DNA of 64,000 nt from Lytechinus pictus. Taxonomy: Eukaryota. The notes below the pieces were generated by a model. That model was given only the letters and a program-made list of their open reading frames with translations. It had not been told where the DNA came from and did no database searches. Each line of letters starts with the position of its first letter. Positions within the stretch are counted from its first letter, which is position 1. The DNA is taken from positions 5,148,001 to 5,212,000 of the forward strand of contig NC_087251.1 in the NCBI RefSeq assembly GCF_037042905.1, in the 5' to 3' direction. The position numbers were made by a program, and so were the translations under genes. This document shows, piece by piece, positions 50,478-63,598 of this stretch.

Positions 50478-53400
50478 CCATTTGGGTGCGACGGGCTTCC
50501 ACAGAAGCCCAGTGAGTCGTTCACTTAGCTACGACGGGCTTCTACAGAAGCCGAGATTTGTTTGGTTTAATGCGATGAAGTTTTTCAGCTTTTTCGTAAT
50601 TGTTATGTACTAAAACCTCTGCCACTATTTCCTTTATAAACCTATTTCGATAACAGAATGAAAAAAATATACAGCTACATGGGAAAAAATCTCGAAAATA
50701 GGATATCATTTCAACTTTACCTGATTTTTTCGGTGGAGTCAGACGGGGAGGATAAATTCTGTGACGAGCACGTATGCGCGCGCACAAGGCCTGATCACGT
50801 GATTTGTTCTTCGGATCCATATCGTTGTTCTGATAGATACGCTAACATTTTTTCTGCAATATCGTCACGTAATAAGCTACGCGTTGATTCACCATTTTCG
50901 TCTTATTATTTGTTTCATCAAGGAGATATCGATCTAGAATGATATCTCCTTGGTTTCATCGATTGTATTTTCAGAAAAACAACAAGCTTGTACAAGAGTA
51001 ATGTCTTGGTACTTTGAGCTGATCTCGGTGCACTTTTGAACTTTTTCCCTCCCCATCATCCCTCTTCTTCGCATATTGTTGTTATTATTTTTGTCTACTA
51101 TTCTGAAAAAAAAAGAGAAAAGAAATCAGTTTAGCACACCATTCATCTTATGCTCTTTTCAAAAGGGAAACGTCCATGTAGTTCTTGATATCGGCACTTG
51201 TGACTACCCGAACAAATACTTTTTTTTTCTTTTTATTTCGACCAACATACCGTATCTAAAAAAAACAAACTTTGTCTCATTTACCGACAACACAGGTGCT
51301 TATGACATCGTTTACATTTTTACAGTCAGTGATTTATTTATTGCATTAAAAGCACTTTCCCTGGGTATATAGGGTTGAAAGAAGAATCATTTGGGGAAAT
51401 TATAGTTTAAAAAAATGTTCAGATGTCACAGAGAACAAAAGGCAGAGAGAATGAGAGAGACAGATAAAAGGGGGAATAGACAAGTGCGCTTTTGCAAAAA
51501 TTCCATGAATATCTACCTAAAAGAATAACATGACTTTATTTTTTTGGTTAGATTACTTTAAAAAAAAATCCCACAACGTTTGTTTGTCGCAACTCGGTCA
51601 TCAGACCCTTGTCAAACTGATGACTTTGTATTATTATTCTTGTTTGACCTAGCCCCCCCCCCCCCGCAGGAAATTTTCTGACCTACTCTAATATTGCTTG
51701 TTTGTTACTTTCTCCGATTTTCTTTTTTTAATTGCGAATAACGCGGTAAAAAAGATAAGAATAAAGACCGACCTGGCCAGTTTTTTTCCCCCGTTACGAC
51801 AAAAAAAAAAAAACGCATCTGAGGCACTTACCATGGTTAGCATCCAAACCAAAATATTTGAAAAAAGATTTATATTATCAGGGACATCAATGTTTTTTTA
51901 TGGTGGAGGGGTTGAGCTGTGGAACGGGGGTGAATCGGCTAAAAAAATAACAATTTTTTAATTCATGTCATTTTACAGAATGATTTTATAATAGGTTAGG
52001 TTTCAGAAGCTCTTCATCTCATTCTCCTTTTCTCTCCCAGATGAAAACTTTTGCATTGAAAAGTTGACAGAAACATAATCACTTCAAATGATAAAACCAA
52101 TAATGAACTATAATAGTTTCCTCGCCCGAAATGGAGGAAATAGAATGATATATGAGAAATTACGTTAAGGCACCCCCTAAAAACACACGATTGTCTGGCG
52201 TGTCCCGACAGAGCCCTCTCAATCCTACAAACTTTTATTCATGTGTGACCTACTCCCCCCCCAAAAAAAAAAAAAAGAAACCGACCCAAATTTTATTGAT
52301 TTTCCTACTTTTTTGCCCATTTCTTCTTTTTTTAACCAGCGAATAGCGTGGTAGAAAAGAATCCATATATAGATGAAAAGAAACGACCCACCCATTTTCC
52401 CCCCGTTACTGCAAACAAACCTTTGGGGGGCTTACCCTGGTTAGCATCAAAACCAAAATATCTGATTTTTTTAAATAAATAACAGGGGCCGCTGAGCGTT
52501 TTTGATAATGGAGGGGTTGAGCTGAATGTAGGAGGGAGTGGACCGGCAAAAAAAAAATATATCACACATTTATATGGAGTTCGCTTTTTTGTACATGTTT
52601 GCTGAAGGGGGTGAGGACTGAAACTTCCTACCAACTATTAGATTGAACGATTGAAACGATAGAGACAAAAATGAATTCAAACTATTATAAATGTTTTTTA
52701 TGATTTATTTATTACTTTGTTTTCGGTTGTGAAATCAATGAGACAAATTAAAAATAGAACAAAACGAAAGAACGAATAAAAAACACTTTTTATTGCGGAT
52801 GCTATAATTTATTCAAGAAAAAATACTTTCCCTTACTTTCAATAATTGCTAGCATGGCTATTTTTGAGGGAAAAGTAAGATAAAGAAAGAAACGTAGAAA
52901 GTAACAAGGAGAGAGTTGGGAGGTATGATTTCAGACTCACCATTTGTTTCACTTTTACTCGTTTAATTCTTTGAAATAATTTCAGGACGTTACAAATCGA
53001 ATACTGGTGCACAAACTTCAGGGACAAAATGAATTTATTATTATAATAGCTGCGTGGAAAATCGAATTAAAGGAAACATAAAATTTATGAAAAAAAATAC
53101 AAAAGATGACTTTTAGTGAAAGATGGAGGCCTTTGTCTTGCCATAACCCTAAGCCCCAAGTTCACAAACAATAGTTTCGGACCTTAGTCGTGCATTTTTA
53201 TATGATGATGATCATCATCATATTGTCTTTTGCGAAAGATATCTACATCTACCCATGTTATCAATATAGAAAATGGAAGATGATATAGAATTTAATGTGA
53301 AATAACAATTACAATGGTAGTTTTAAAAGGTTTTTCGGGGCATTATTTGAGAAGCTAAATTTTCGACATGATGGCCACGATGCAATAGGACTAGAGGCCC

Positions 53401-53919
53401 ACAAATGCAACCATCTCCGATCAATACAAGTTGGCGAAATCGAGGCATCCTCTCATAACTGTTTTCCGACGAAGAGACAGAGAGAGGTGGGGGAAGACAT
53501 TAGATGTAATGTAAAATGACAGGTACTGAGAAGAGAAAATCAGAGAGAAAAGATAGAGGGGGGATGGGGGCGGTTATATACCTCGTTATCCAAATCCGGG
53601 AGTGCTGATTGCCCTTACGCATTTTTGTACACAGTTCCTATTGACTTGGGGGAAAGCGAAGATTTGACAAAATAACACAACTTTTTCCTCGTAAATTTCT
53701 TAACTATTCTGTTGATTTGAGAAGCGAAACCTTTATTTCTAGAAAAAAAAAGTCTGATCTTTCATCTTTACATTTACTAAAAATCCTGAAAACACATCAG
53801 TTTGTCGCAAGTAGCAATTGATTCGGAAAATACCGCCACAGATCCAAATACCAGCAATGTACCAAAAACGGCTCCGCCGCAGGGAGAACTATCCGGATTC
53901 CAGGCCTGCACCCAAAGGG
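50478..53919. mobile_element. Putative non-autonomous piggyBac-like element with ATAT target duplication
   Basis: ATAT|CCATTTGGGTGC ... GCACCCAAAGGG|ATAT (11/12 TIR match); the interval looks more CpG-rich than its flanks; no transposase ORF. Confidence 0.6.
50919..50952. mobile_element. 34-bp TIR-only insert with 7-bp TSD (P-element-like remnant)
   Basis: GTTTCAT|CAAGGAGATATC-GATCTAGAAT-GATATCTCCTTG|GTTTCAT. Confidence 0.75.
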
Positions 53920-56346
53920 ATATATATCGTAATTTATCTAGGAATTTGATTGCGGAGATTAAAGTCTGAAAATATGCTCATAAATGTGAAGTCATTTCAT
54001 GTGCAGTTTGTTATGTGGGTAATGCAATATAAATGGCTTCTTTTTTAAGCCTGTGTGCTCCACTTTCAGAAAAGTGTTATTTTCATAATTTGTAAATGAT
54101 ATTGTCTTTCATTGTTGCTCTTGCCATGTGAATGGATGGTGTGCAGATGGTTAACCATTTAAGTTTGTTATCATGATTGAAAGACCAGTGAACAACAACT
54201 CAATTAATGTGCATAATGATTAGGCTTGTTTTTGTTCTCTTGCTATTAATAGAATATTGAACATGAAAACAAGTATGAAAATGACATTTACTCATTTCAT
54301 TTCACAGTACAAACTGACAATTATTTCAAAGGAAGTGTCGTAAAATACACAAAATATAATTAAAAACATGCTGAAGGGCCAAAGCCTTGACAGAGGTAAA
54401 TCTCAAACAATTAGATATAAGTATACAAAGGGATAATATTTGCATTAGGCAATTAGATATAGAATCATGATTATGATTTTCATTTATACTTTATATTGTT
54501 ACTGTTTTCATCAATGTTCACTAGAGACCACAGGCAGAACCAATGAAAAATGCAGGAAACAGGGCCAATTATTCATTGCTCAGTAACATTTAGTTATCAA
54601 GATATTTATTAAAAATCTGCTAAAACCCCCCCCCCCCCCATTTGAGAGCCAAAATAAAAGTTTGAAAGTGAGGACCTTTTTTTGCTTGCTTGGAAAATCC
54701 TAGATCTGCCCCTGGCTTAAATCATCCCTCTGTTAAAATACTCAGAGACATAGGGCGATTTGCAACTAAAATGACAAAAAGATGGTCCTTTCAGTAGTAA
54801 GGGAGCTTCTGGTATATACTAGTATGCTGAGTATGTCATTTAGATATGGAAAGAAATAAAAATGATAGCCCTTTTTTCCTGCAAATTCAACTGTATTTCA
54901 ATCTACAATTTTACATTCTTCCCTCAATCTGTCTTTTTCTCCCTCGGCCTCTTCCTGTCTTTCAGCTTTCTCTCCTCTGACCCCCATATCACCACTACAT
55001 GTATGCAGTATATCCTTTTATCATTTGAATATTTTCATTCTCTTTTTTTTTCTTATACATTATTTTTTTCTTTCTCTCTTTAGTGTCTTAATATCTTCTT
55101 ATAAAATAAATTAAAGTGATTCCTATTCTTTGTCATAATTTTTATTTTTTTCAAATGCATTATTCCTCACCTAAGTTTAAAAATAGTTTGCTGAATATGT
55201 TGTTTTCCGTAACTTGGTTGTTGATAGATTAATAATATCCAAGACAATCACCCTAGTATTGTCATTCATTAATTTTATTTCATTGTTTTGACTACCATCT
55301 CCATGGCATACCACCAAATCATTATGACATTAGTTCGGTTTTGAAAGTGAAACTGGATGGTTATAAATAGATGATAATCACATGCTCATTTCTGAATGGA
55401 AACTAAAATGAGTTGTATGGAAAAATGGTAGCTATTAGAGTTATAAAACTTAATTAGGCTTAATGATGGGATGTACATCCCTTGAGAGCAAAACTAATAT
55501 GAAGCTCAAAATGCCTCATATGTGTATGTTGATCATTCTGATCTAGGTCTTTCTCACAGGGGCCAGATAAATGTTCACTCACTGTGCTTAAGTGCTTGTA
55601 AAGTGTATTCGCTTTTGTTTTTGTGGTAAAAATCCACTAATTCTGCATTCCATTTACGATTTTTGAAATTCCAATTATGATTAAGAATACATTTTTTTAA
55701 TGTTGTTTTTTCTTCTTTGTCAAAAGGCAACATATGTCTCTGAAAAGCAGTGTAGGTTGCATGCATTATATAACCTGTTTCACTTTTGGAATTAAAAAAA
55801 ATATGGTAGAAATTAAGAAATATTTGTATCAACACTATTTTTACATCATTAAGAAATCAGGCAAGTATGTGAAGGAAAGAATCTAAAAGTAGACCCTGTG
55901 TTTGAAAGTTAAAACTTAATGAGATAGCAAGAGACAGGAGAGGAAAAGTACATTGGGGTGAGATAGAGTTCAGACATCAGTTCCTGGGGAGCATTCTTTT
56001 CACCCACCATTCCTTGTTTCATTTTGTCAGATCAATCTATTGTCCTGTGTTAACACCATGCAGTATAGTGACTTTCCAGATATGCATCTTTCTCTCGCTA
56101 CTTGCTTCCCTGTCATAGGGAAAAGCAATCAGGTTTCGGCTATGCAAATACCCAATGGAGGATGCCCGTCAGGCATGTTCCCATTCACAAAAATCAATGA
56201 AACTTTCAACATTTGATAATAAAATGGTATCAAAGCTTAATGGGCTGTTGTTAGTGACCGCTTTAACTCTATTTTTTAAAATCCTATGATTCATTTTGGT
56301 ATTTCATGATTTTAATTCAAATCTTCAAGGAAGAAATGAATTTTAA

Positions 56347-56948
56347 AGGTCAAGTCCACCCCAGAAAATTGTTGATTTGAATCGATAGAGAAAAATCAAA
56401 CAAACGTAATGCTGCAAATTTTATCGAAATCGGATGTAAAGTAAGAAAGGTATGACATTTTAAAGTTTCGCTTACTTTCACAAAACGGTTAATGCACAAC
56501 TCAGCGATATGCAAATGAGCGAGTCGATGATGTCCATCACTCACTATTTCTTTAGTTTTTTTATTGTTTGAATGATACAATATTTCAATTTTTACAGATT
56601 TGACAATAAGGACCAACTTAACTTAACCATAAACTGTTAAAATTATGGTAATTCTACATGTTTAGGGGGAAATAAAACTTTGTTTCACTTGACAAGGAGG
56701 AGAAAATTAAAATATTTCATATTTTATATCATAAAATACAAAAGAAATAGTGAGTGGGTGACGTCATCAGTCTGCCAATTAGCATACCGACCAGGATGTG
56801 CATATAACTGTTTTTTTTTAAATAAAGCAAAGTTGAAATGTCATAACTTTCTTATTTTACATCCGATTTTGATGAAATTTTCAGTGTTTTGCTTGTTGGA
56901 TTTTTCTCCTTTTTTCAAATCAACTTTTTGTTGGGGTGGACTTGTCCT
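56347..56948. mobile_element. Kolobok-like TTAA MITE, family copy 3 (opposite orientation)
   Basis: TTAA|AGGTCAAGTCCACCCC ... GGGGTGGACTTGTCCT|TTAA. Confidence 0.92.
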
Positions 56949-57374
56949 TTAAATACAGTCAAACTTTGTCATTGATTTTGTATTCCTTTAAACATACCTG
57001 CCTATCTAATGATAACCTTTGGATACTGCAATATTAAGCTTGAGATCTGGATCACCGGTCATCATCCTCTGCTGATGTCAAAATGTGAATGTACCAGGAC
57101 AATGGCAAGTGTGAACTGATTTTAATTTTACCCGTCAAACATTGAGCGTGTTATGACTCATGGTTTATATTCCCACACAACCAGAGAACTTGAATTACTC
57201 TGATTAAACAGAGATAGGTGTTGGCAGAAGCTAAATTTAGAAACAGCGGTCAAACCTGATTGGTTGATTTCTGGTATATATTGAATCGCAGTGTGTTGAA
57301 TATTTCCCCTTTTTACCAGGGATGTTGTGTTACTTTTGCAACCACAGCTTCGGGTACTAATTTAGTGTCATCCT

Positions 57375-57760
57375 GCATCCTTCTCTTTATTCTTTCATTT
57401 TCTCCTCTTCATGCTTTCTTTCTCCTTTCCCTATTTCCTCTTCCTTATTTGTCTCCTCCCTTTCCTTCTCCTCCCATTCCTTCTCCTCCCTTTCCTTCTC
57501 CTCCCTTTCCAACTCCACTTCCTGATCTTCCCTTCCATCCCATCTTCCATTCCACCCCTCTGCCCATTTTCCCTTCTTCTTCCTCATAATATTTATTGCA
57601 TTACCCTTCCCACTTTCCCTTTCTATTTCCCTCTTTCTGATTTTCCCTAGAGCTCCCTCCCTTTCCCTCCAGATTCCAGTTCTTTCACTTATCTTTCTCC
57701 ATCTTTTCTAATTTCTCCCATAGCATTTTCTCTCTACATGTAAAGTTATCTCTATTTTCT
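57375..57760. repeat. Polypyrimidine (CT-rich) low-complexity tract with 15-bp CCTTCTCCTCCCTTT units
   Basis: Visible composition. Confidence 0.9.
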
Positions 57761-58261
57761 CTTTTATAATCAGTCACTAATATATATTTTGTGTGGTCAC
57801 TCATCCTTGTTTTGTTTCTTATATCATGAAATCGTCTCCAATTCTGTGTTTATCCTTTGTAATTATACTTATTTATATCACATTTCTTCTTATAGCTTCA
57901 CTGTCTGTCATTTAGCTGTGATTATGAATAGAATTTAAGAAGTATTTTTAGATTCTTAAAATATACATGCCACTTCATCTGCTAAAGCTGTCCATGACTT
58001 ACATTTCACTTTTATACTATCTGACTCATGCTGTCTTTCATCAGAACATTCTAGATATGTTTAGAAGTACATGTATACGACATGGAAACATAATTTCTTG
58101 TAAGGAATACATTAATTCAGTCTTATCCTACCATATTTGATGAGGTGTGGTAACTCTTATAGAGCTAGGTAGGCTCAAGATCATGCAACCTGTGTCCTTT
58201 AGTGAAGACCCAGAGTTGTTGGTCCTCTGGTTGCCGACTAACAAGCATTTGTGCTTTCTTA

Positions 58262-58461
58262 GGGGGTGTTGCAAGAAAATATTTGCAATCAGTTGCCAAT
58301 TTTCTGTTGCAATTTTGCAAGTGATATATCAATTATAGCTGAAGCAAATCGGATTTCACTTCTTGTCACAGGAAGTGTAATTGAATGGCAAGACATATGA
58401 TTGACTTTGGGATCCAAAATAGACTTGCAATAGATCACAATTAATTTTCTTTCAACATCCT
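58262..58461. mobile_element. Degraded MITE
   Basis: GGGTGTTGCAAGAAA vs TTTCTTTCAACATCC. Confidence 0.45.
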
Positions 58462-58579
58462 ATTAGCCAGGTAAAACAATCACTAATCTACCACTGATAG
58501 AAGCAAAATACAGAGGCTTTGTTAATCTTAAGTAGATATCAAGCTATCTCACTCTGAATAATGAATTTTCTCTGCATAA

Positions 58580-61283
58580 AGGCCCGGTCCCACTGCACTG
58601 ACGGATGCAAAGAGGATGTAAAACATACAAAAAATTTGCGACCTATTCATGAGACAAAACCATCATTGAGAAGGCAAACCCCTGTTACAAACCATAGAAA
58701 ACCTAAATCACCCTGGGCCAGTTATTTAAGTATCTAAACATGAGTTTCTTGACCTCGATGGGTAAAAAAACACTAAACCGCAATTACATATGCAGCGTGC
58801 TGATTCGAGCAAACTCGCTCGCCATTGCATGCAGTCATTTTTAGCTCATCACGCCCGAAGGGCCAGATGAGCTTATGCCGTGGCGTGGCATCCGTCGTCT
58901 GTCGTCCGTCCACAATTTCAAAATGCTTCTTCTTCGCCATTTCAAGTCCGATTTCAATTCTGTTTGCTTTATATGATAGCACTAGGTGGGGGATTCAAAA
59001 ATTCTACACAGAATTTTGAAACTCATTAAATATGCTAATTTATGCACATTTTTCAAAATTCACAAAAAATGCTTCTTCTTTATTTATTGACCGATTTTGA
59101 ATTTTTTGCTTCTATCTGGTAGAGCTTTATGAGGTGCACCAAAGTTCTACACAGAATTTTGAAATTTTGACTAGAACAATTTTTTTGCTAATTTATGCAA
59201 AATTAATTTATGCATATTTTTAAAAATTCACACAAAATGCTTCTTCATTTGTTGACCGATTTTGATTTTTTTTCTTCCATCTGGTAGAGCTTCATGAGGT
59301 TCACCAAACTTATACACAGAATTTTTAAATTTGTAGTTGAGAATTATTTATGCTAATTAATGCAAAATTCATAAATCACAGAAAATGCCTCTTTATTTGT
59401 TGACTGAATTTCAAAATGCTTCTTCTTCGTCATTTCAAGTCTGATTTCAATTCTGTTTGCTTTATATGATAGCATTAGGTGGGGGATTCAAAACTTCTAC
59501 ACAGAATTTTGAAACTCATTAAATATGCTAATTTATGTGTATTTTTAAAAATTCACATAAAATGCTTCTTCTTGTTGACCGATTTTGATTTTTTTTTCTT
59601 TCATCTGGTAGAACTTAATGAGGTTCACCAAACTTCTACACAGAATTTTGAAATTTTCAGTAGAAAATTATTTATGCTAATTTATGCAAAATGTATTCAT
59701 AAATCACAGAAAATGCCTCTTCTTCATTATTTCTTGACCGATTTTGATTTTCTTTCTTCCATCTGGTAGAGCTGCATGAGGTTCACCAAACTTGTACACA
59801 ACATTTTGAAATCATGTCTAGAGGATTATTTATGCAAAGTTTATTCATAAATCACAAAAAATGTTTTTTTCTTCATTTATTGATCAATTTCAATTTTGTT
59901 TGCTTTATATGATAGCTTGAGGTGGAGATACAAAATTTCAATACAGACTTTTGAAACTCATTAAATATGCTAATTTATTCATATATTTTCAAAACTCACA
60001 AAAAATACTTATTTATTTCTTGATTTTGATTATTTTTATGAGGTTCACCAAGGTTCTACACAGAGTTTAGAAATTTTGACTAGAAAATTATTATGCTCAA
60101 TTTATATGAAATTTATTCATAGATCACAAAGAAATGCATCTATGTCATTTCTTCATCAATTTCAATTCTATATCCTCAATTTATGTCACCAATGTAATTC
60201 ACTTCAGTGTCAACTGGACTGAAATTAAAATTGTGTTAAATTTTGTTGCGAGATGCTGGATGAGCTCTACATCATTGATGTGCTAGTTATTTCTCTTTAA
60301 TAGTTTCATTATTTTTGGGCTGATTTTCTTTGTTTAAAACTTAAAACAAATTAACATTGAATTTCAAAATACAATATGCCTTTAAAACTTGATTAAATAA
60401 CAAATACAATAATTTAATTCCGAAAGGCCTACTACAGGCAGAGCTGCTCTTACGGAATATCCCAGCTGTTGTTTATGGTCTAACTCTCGGGCTTGGCCTG
60501 CAGAGGAGAAATGTTACATCAGAGGGATTATCAGGCAATTCAGGGTTGATAACGCTTGGGAATGAAATATCTTGGTTCCTCTGAGGATTTTGTTATCGGG
60601 GTATACGACAGCAGCAAAGCCCTGAGCTAGTGCGGTCCCCCTCCAACGAGGGTTTGACGTAATGGGAAAAACTTTATGCATCTGTTTTGTACTCACTGCA
60701 TACGTGTTTCGTATGCTCTATCTATCGAGCATCTGTCCACTGTGATTTCATCCGCTCGAAATGTTTTGAGTTGCACAAAACTTATTCAACAGATGAATTT
60801 TCCACCGTGAACAATGTAAATCTGCAACATATACGAGCGACAAACTTCTAATGTTGGTTATTATCCATTAAACGTTTGCTGTATCCTCTCTGCACCCTCT
60901 TTGCATCCTCGCGACTCACATCCACTGCAGCTGAACAACGGAAAGAGGGAGGAAAGATAAGGTACATTCAACATTTATAAATCATTAATAGCACAGAAAT
61001 AGAAAGGATGTAAGCGTATGCTTCTCGTATATAAAGTATTCAATCTCACAGTAACCCCTTCTGGGCTGTCATCTACTTCCATTCATCTGCTAGGTTTCCG
61101 ATGAACATCCATTTATCATCCGCGCTACACACTGCCCACGTCCGTTCTTTTCCGTTATGTTTTGAACAATTTTGTCCATTTCTGGAGCGGATGAAAAGGG
61201 ATGGAGTCACTCCAAAAATATTGCTTGTCCGCTGTGTCCGTTATGAATACGTTTTGCGTCTATCGGTCAGTGGGATGAGGCCT
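58580..61283. mobile_element. PIF/Harbinger-like non-autonomous element hosting a HINE-like insertion
   Basis: AGGCCCGGTCCCACTG vs CAGTGGGATGAGGCCT with TAA/TTA flanks; GGATGCAAAGAGG (58603) inverted as CCTCTTTGCATCC (~60896). Confidence 0.6.
58838..60288 (+). mobile_element. HINE/DINE-like element with nested ~175-bp and ~495-bp core repeats
   Basis: T-run, AGCTCATC..GATGAGCT fold-back, CGTC microsatellite, repeated AATTTCAAAATGCTTCTTCTTCG (58914, 59407), 3' GATGAGCT plus ACATCATTGATGT hairpin plus CTAGTT. Confidence 0.85.
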
Positions 61284-61722
61284 TTAAGAATTATGTTGTG
61301 CTTTATGTAATGTAGTTTCTGTGCAGTCTGCATAAAGAGTAGGCCTACTTATATTTATCAGCAATGTGCAAGGGGATGTTTTATAGTAAATGATAATGAT
61401 TACCCACAATAATGATTAAATTCTATGTTTTTCTAATGCCCGATAATCATACAGTGCTCGATAGAAGGAGTGGATTAGCACTTTGAATAACAATACATGA
61501 CGGATGTCTATGTGTGTAGTGGTGCTATTCCGGATGTAATTAATTCATCCTTGATTTTCCACATTGAAGCATTGTACAAACACAAAAAGTATCTTACTCT
61601 GATAACCCTTATTAAAAGTCATTGTAAGAGGCCCTTGGATGTCTTCCAAAATGGTCTTTGCTTTTCCATGAGTAAGTAAATATTGTGTAGTACTCATGTA
61701 TGTAGTGATTGGATTGAATTTG

Positions 61723-62086
61723 GTGGATTCACAGTATGGTGCACCATCTATTGGTTGCAGTGAATACGCCAAATTTCTAACTTTGGGGTCGACATTGCGT
61801 GCAGGCATGGGCAGTGCACAGTGCGAGTGCTTCAAAAATGAAAACCATACGGCAAGCATTCACCAAAAACGGTCTAAATTTCGCAAAGATATATGGGGAA
61901 AAATATCCTACCTCCTGGACCCGAGTAAACAGAAAATCCGGTCGAGCCGCATCAGTGAATAATCGCATGCATGCATTCACTCTTATTACCAGCACGCGCA
62001 CAGATGCTGACATTTTCTCATGATGCATTGCGAATTTCGGCCTATTCGCTGCAACCGATAGATGGCGCAACGTATTGTGAATTCAC
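61723..62086. mobile_element. MITE with ~55-bp imperfect TIRs
   Basis: GTGGATTCACAGTATGGTGCACCATCTATTGGTTGCAGTGAATA vs TATTCGCTGCAACCGATAGATGGCGCAACGTATTGTGAATTCAC. Confidence 0.85.
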
Positions 62087-62379
62087 TTACTAAGCATCAC
62101 TTACATAATACATATTGTTTATTTTTCCAATGATTACATGTATATAATTATAGTGAACATCTGTAACATCTCATATTAATTGTTGTTGGGGGAACAAGTT
62201 TAACATTATCATTATAACTTTATGGAAAGAAATGAAAAATGAGAATATGAAAGCTAAAAATAAGCAATCAGAAACAATTTTGATAAGCTTGTTTATAAAA
62301 ATGAAATACAAGAAAGGGAATCAGAAATGGTTCAGTAGTTCTACTCACTTTGTACAGGGTTACAATTGAAAAAAAAAAC

Positions 62380-63010
62380 ACTTAAAAAAAAACTTAATTT
62401 CCTAAATGTATATCAGTTGAATCAATATTGTGTAGCATTAATGGTTTTTAAACATAAACAAAATAAAGTGCCGTATAATCTTGCCTCTAGGATCAAAGGT
62501 AAAATATTGATGCACAGTTATAACACTATAAATCCTGAAAATTATTATGTTGAAGAATGTAAAATGCAGCATCTTCCTTTTCTTTTAAATTCAAAGGACC
62601 TTGCATTTGGAATTCTCTTCCCCGTAACATCAAACAGATCTCATATTTAAATTCCTTTAAATCCAAGTTGAAAAACTTTCTTTTCAACTATCCAACATCT
62701 TAATTTAATTTATCCCATCATATTTCCTAATTATTATATGTTTATTTTATCAGTACAAGTCTTGAATTTTATATTTTACTGTCCATAGGCACTGCCTCGA
62801 CAGAACATTTGCTTTGTTCTTTTGCAGCTTCCCATTTCATGTTCATTTTTATGCATGTACTGTAATTATCCTTATACAATCTTTGCCTTTTTTTAATCTT
62901 ACTTGCATCTTACTATGTATCTTTGTTTCTTTGTTTCTTTATGTATTTTTGATGTTTTTTATATGCTCAATGTATTTTAATGGACTTGAATAAATAAATG
63001 AATGAATGAA
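62380..63010 (+). pseudogene. 3' end of an L2/Crack-group LINE with tail
   Basis: KLNFLNVYQL..HSYNT..GPCIWNSLP..FKSKLKNFL across frameshifts; AATAAA plus (AATG)n tail at ~62990-63010. Confidence 0.75.
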
Positions 63011-63211
63011 ATGCCAATATCCAGTTTTAAAAGCATAGAGAATTTACATCAGTTAACCGTTCATTCTATTGCAAGGAGAGAATTGTAGATCTTACAGAGA
63101 TGCCACATCTTCCACTGACAAATCTTAATTTTGTGTTCTAACTAAGGATGTTCTTACCTGCTTTGTCTAAAAAAATGTTATTTAGGATGCTACCACAATT
63201 AGAAATACCAG

Positions 63212-63420
63212 GGCCCGCTGCATAAAAGTTGCTATTAATTTTATTATGAAATATAATTATAGCCATCCAATTCTCACTCCCATTGTAATGCTGATCACTT
63301 TCCAATTAGACTCAAGGACTCCATGCAAGTTACCATTGCATGGCAAAGTTACCATAGTGGTTGCCCCGGGAACCTCGACACGACGTCTTTAGACAGTGGT
63401 AACTTTAATGCAATGGGGCC
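63212..63420. mobile_element. PIF/Harbinger-like MITE
   Basis: CAG|GGCCCGCTGCATAAAAGTT ... AACTTTAATGCAATGGGGCC|CAG. Confidence 0.75.
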
Positions 63421-63598
63421 CAGGTTGCCACTGTGATAGCACATTAGTTGTTACACATGGGTCTCTGAAAGAGAATATCAACAAAGTTATGTGTCCTTTA
63501 CCAACTTTTTTCATCCAGGTTATGGGGATATTAATGTGAAAGCAATTTTTGATGAGAGGAAAAAAGGATTGCACATCTTTTATCATAGGAACATGATA

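Noticed and set aside
50740..50900. CpG-rich promoter (TGCGCGCGCA, CACGTG)
   Set aside because: No linked exon seen; more simply explained as subterminal sequence of the 50478-53919 element, though not excluded
57260..57650. Pro-rich, Glu/Lys-rich and Leu/Phe-rich ORFs
   Set aside because: Translations of the CT-rich low-complexity tract
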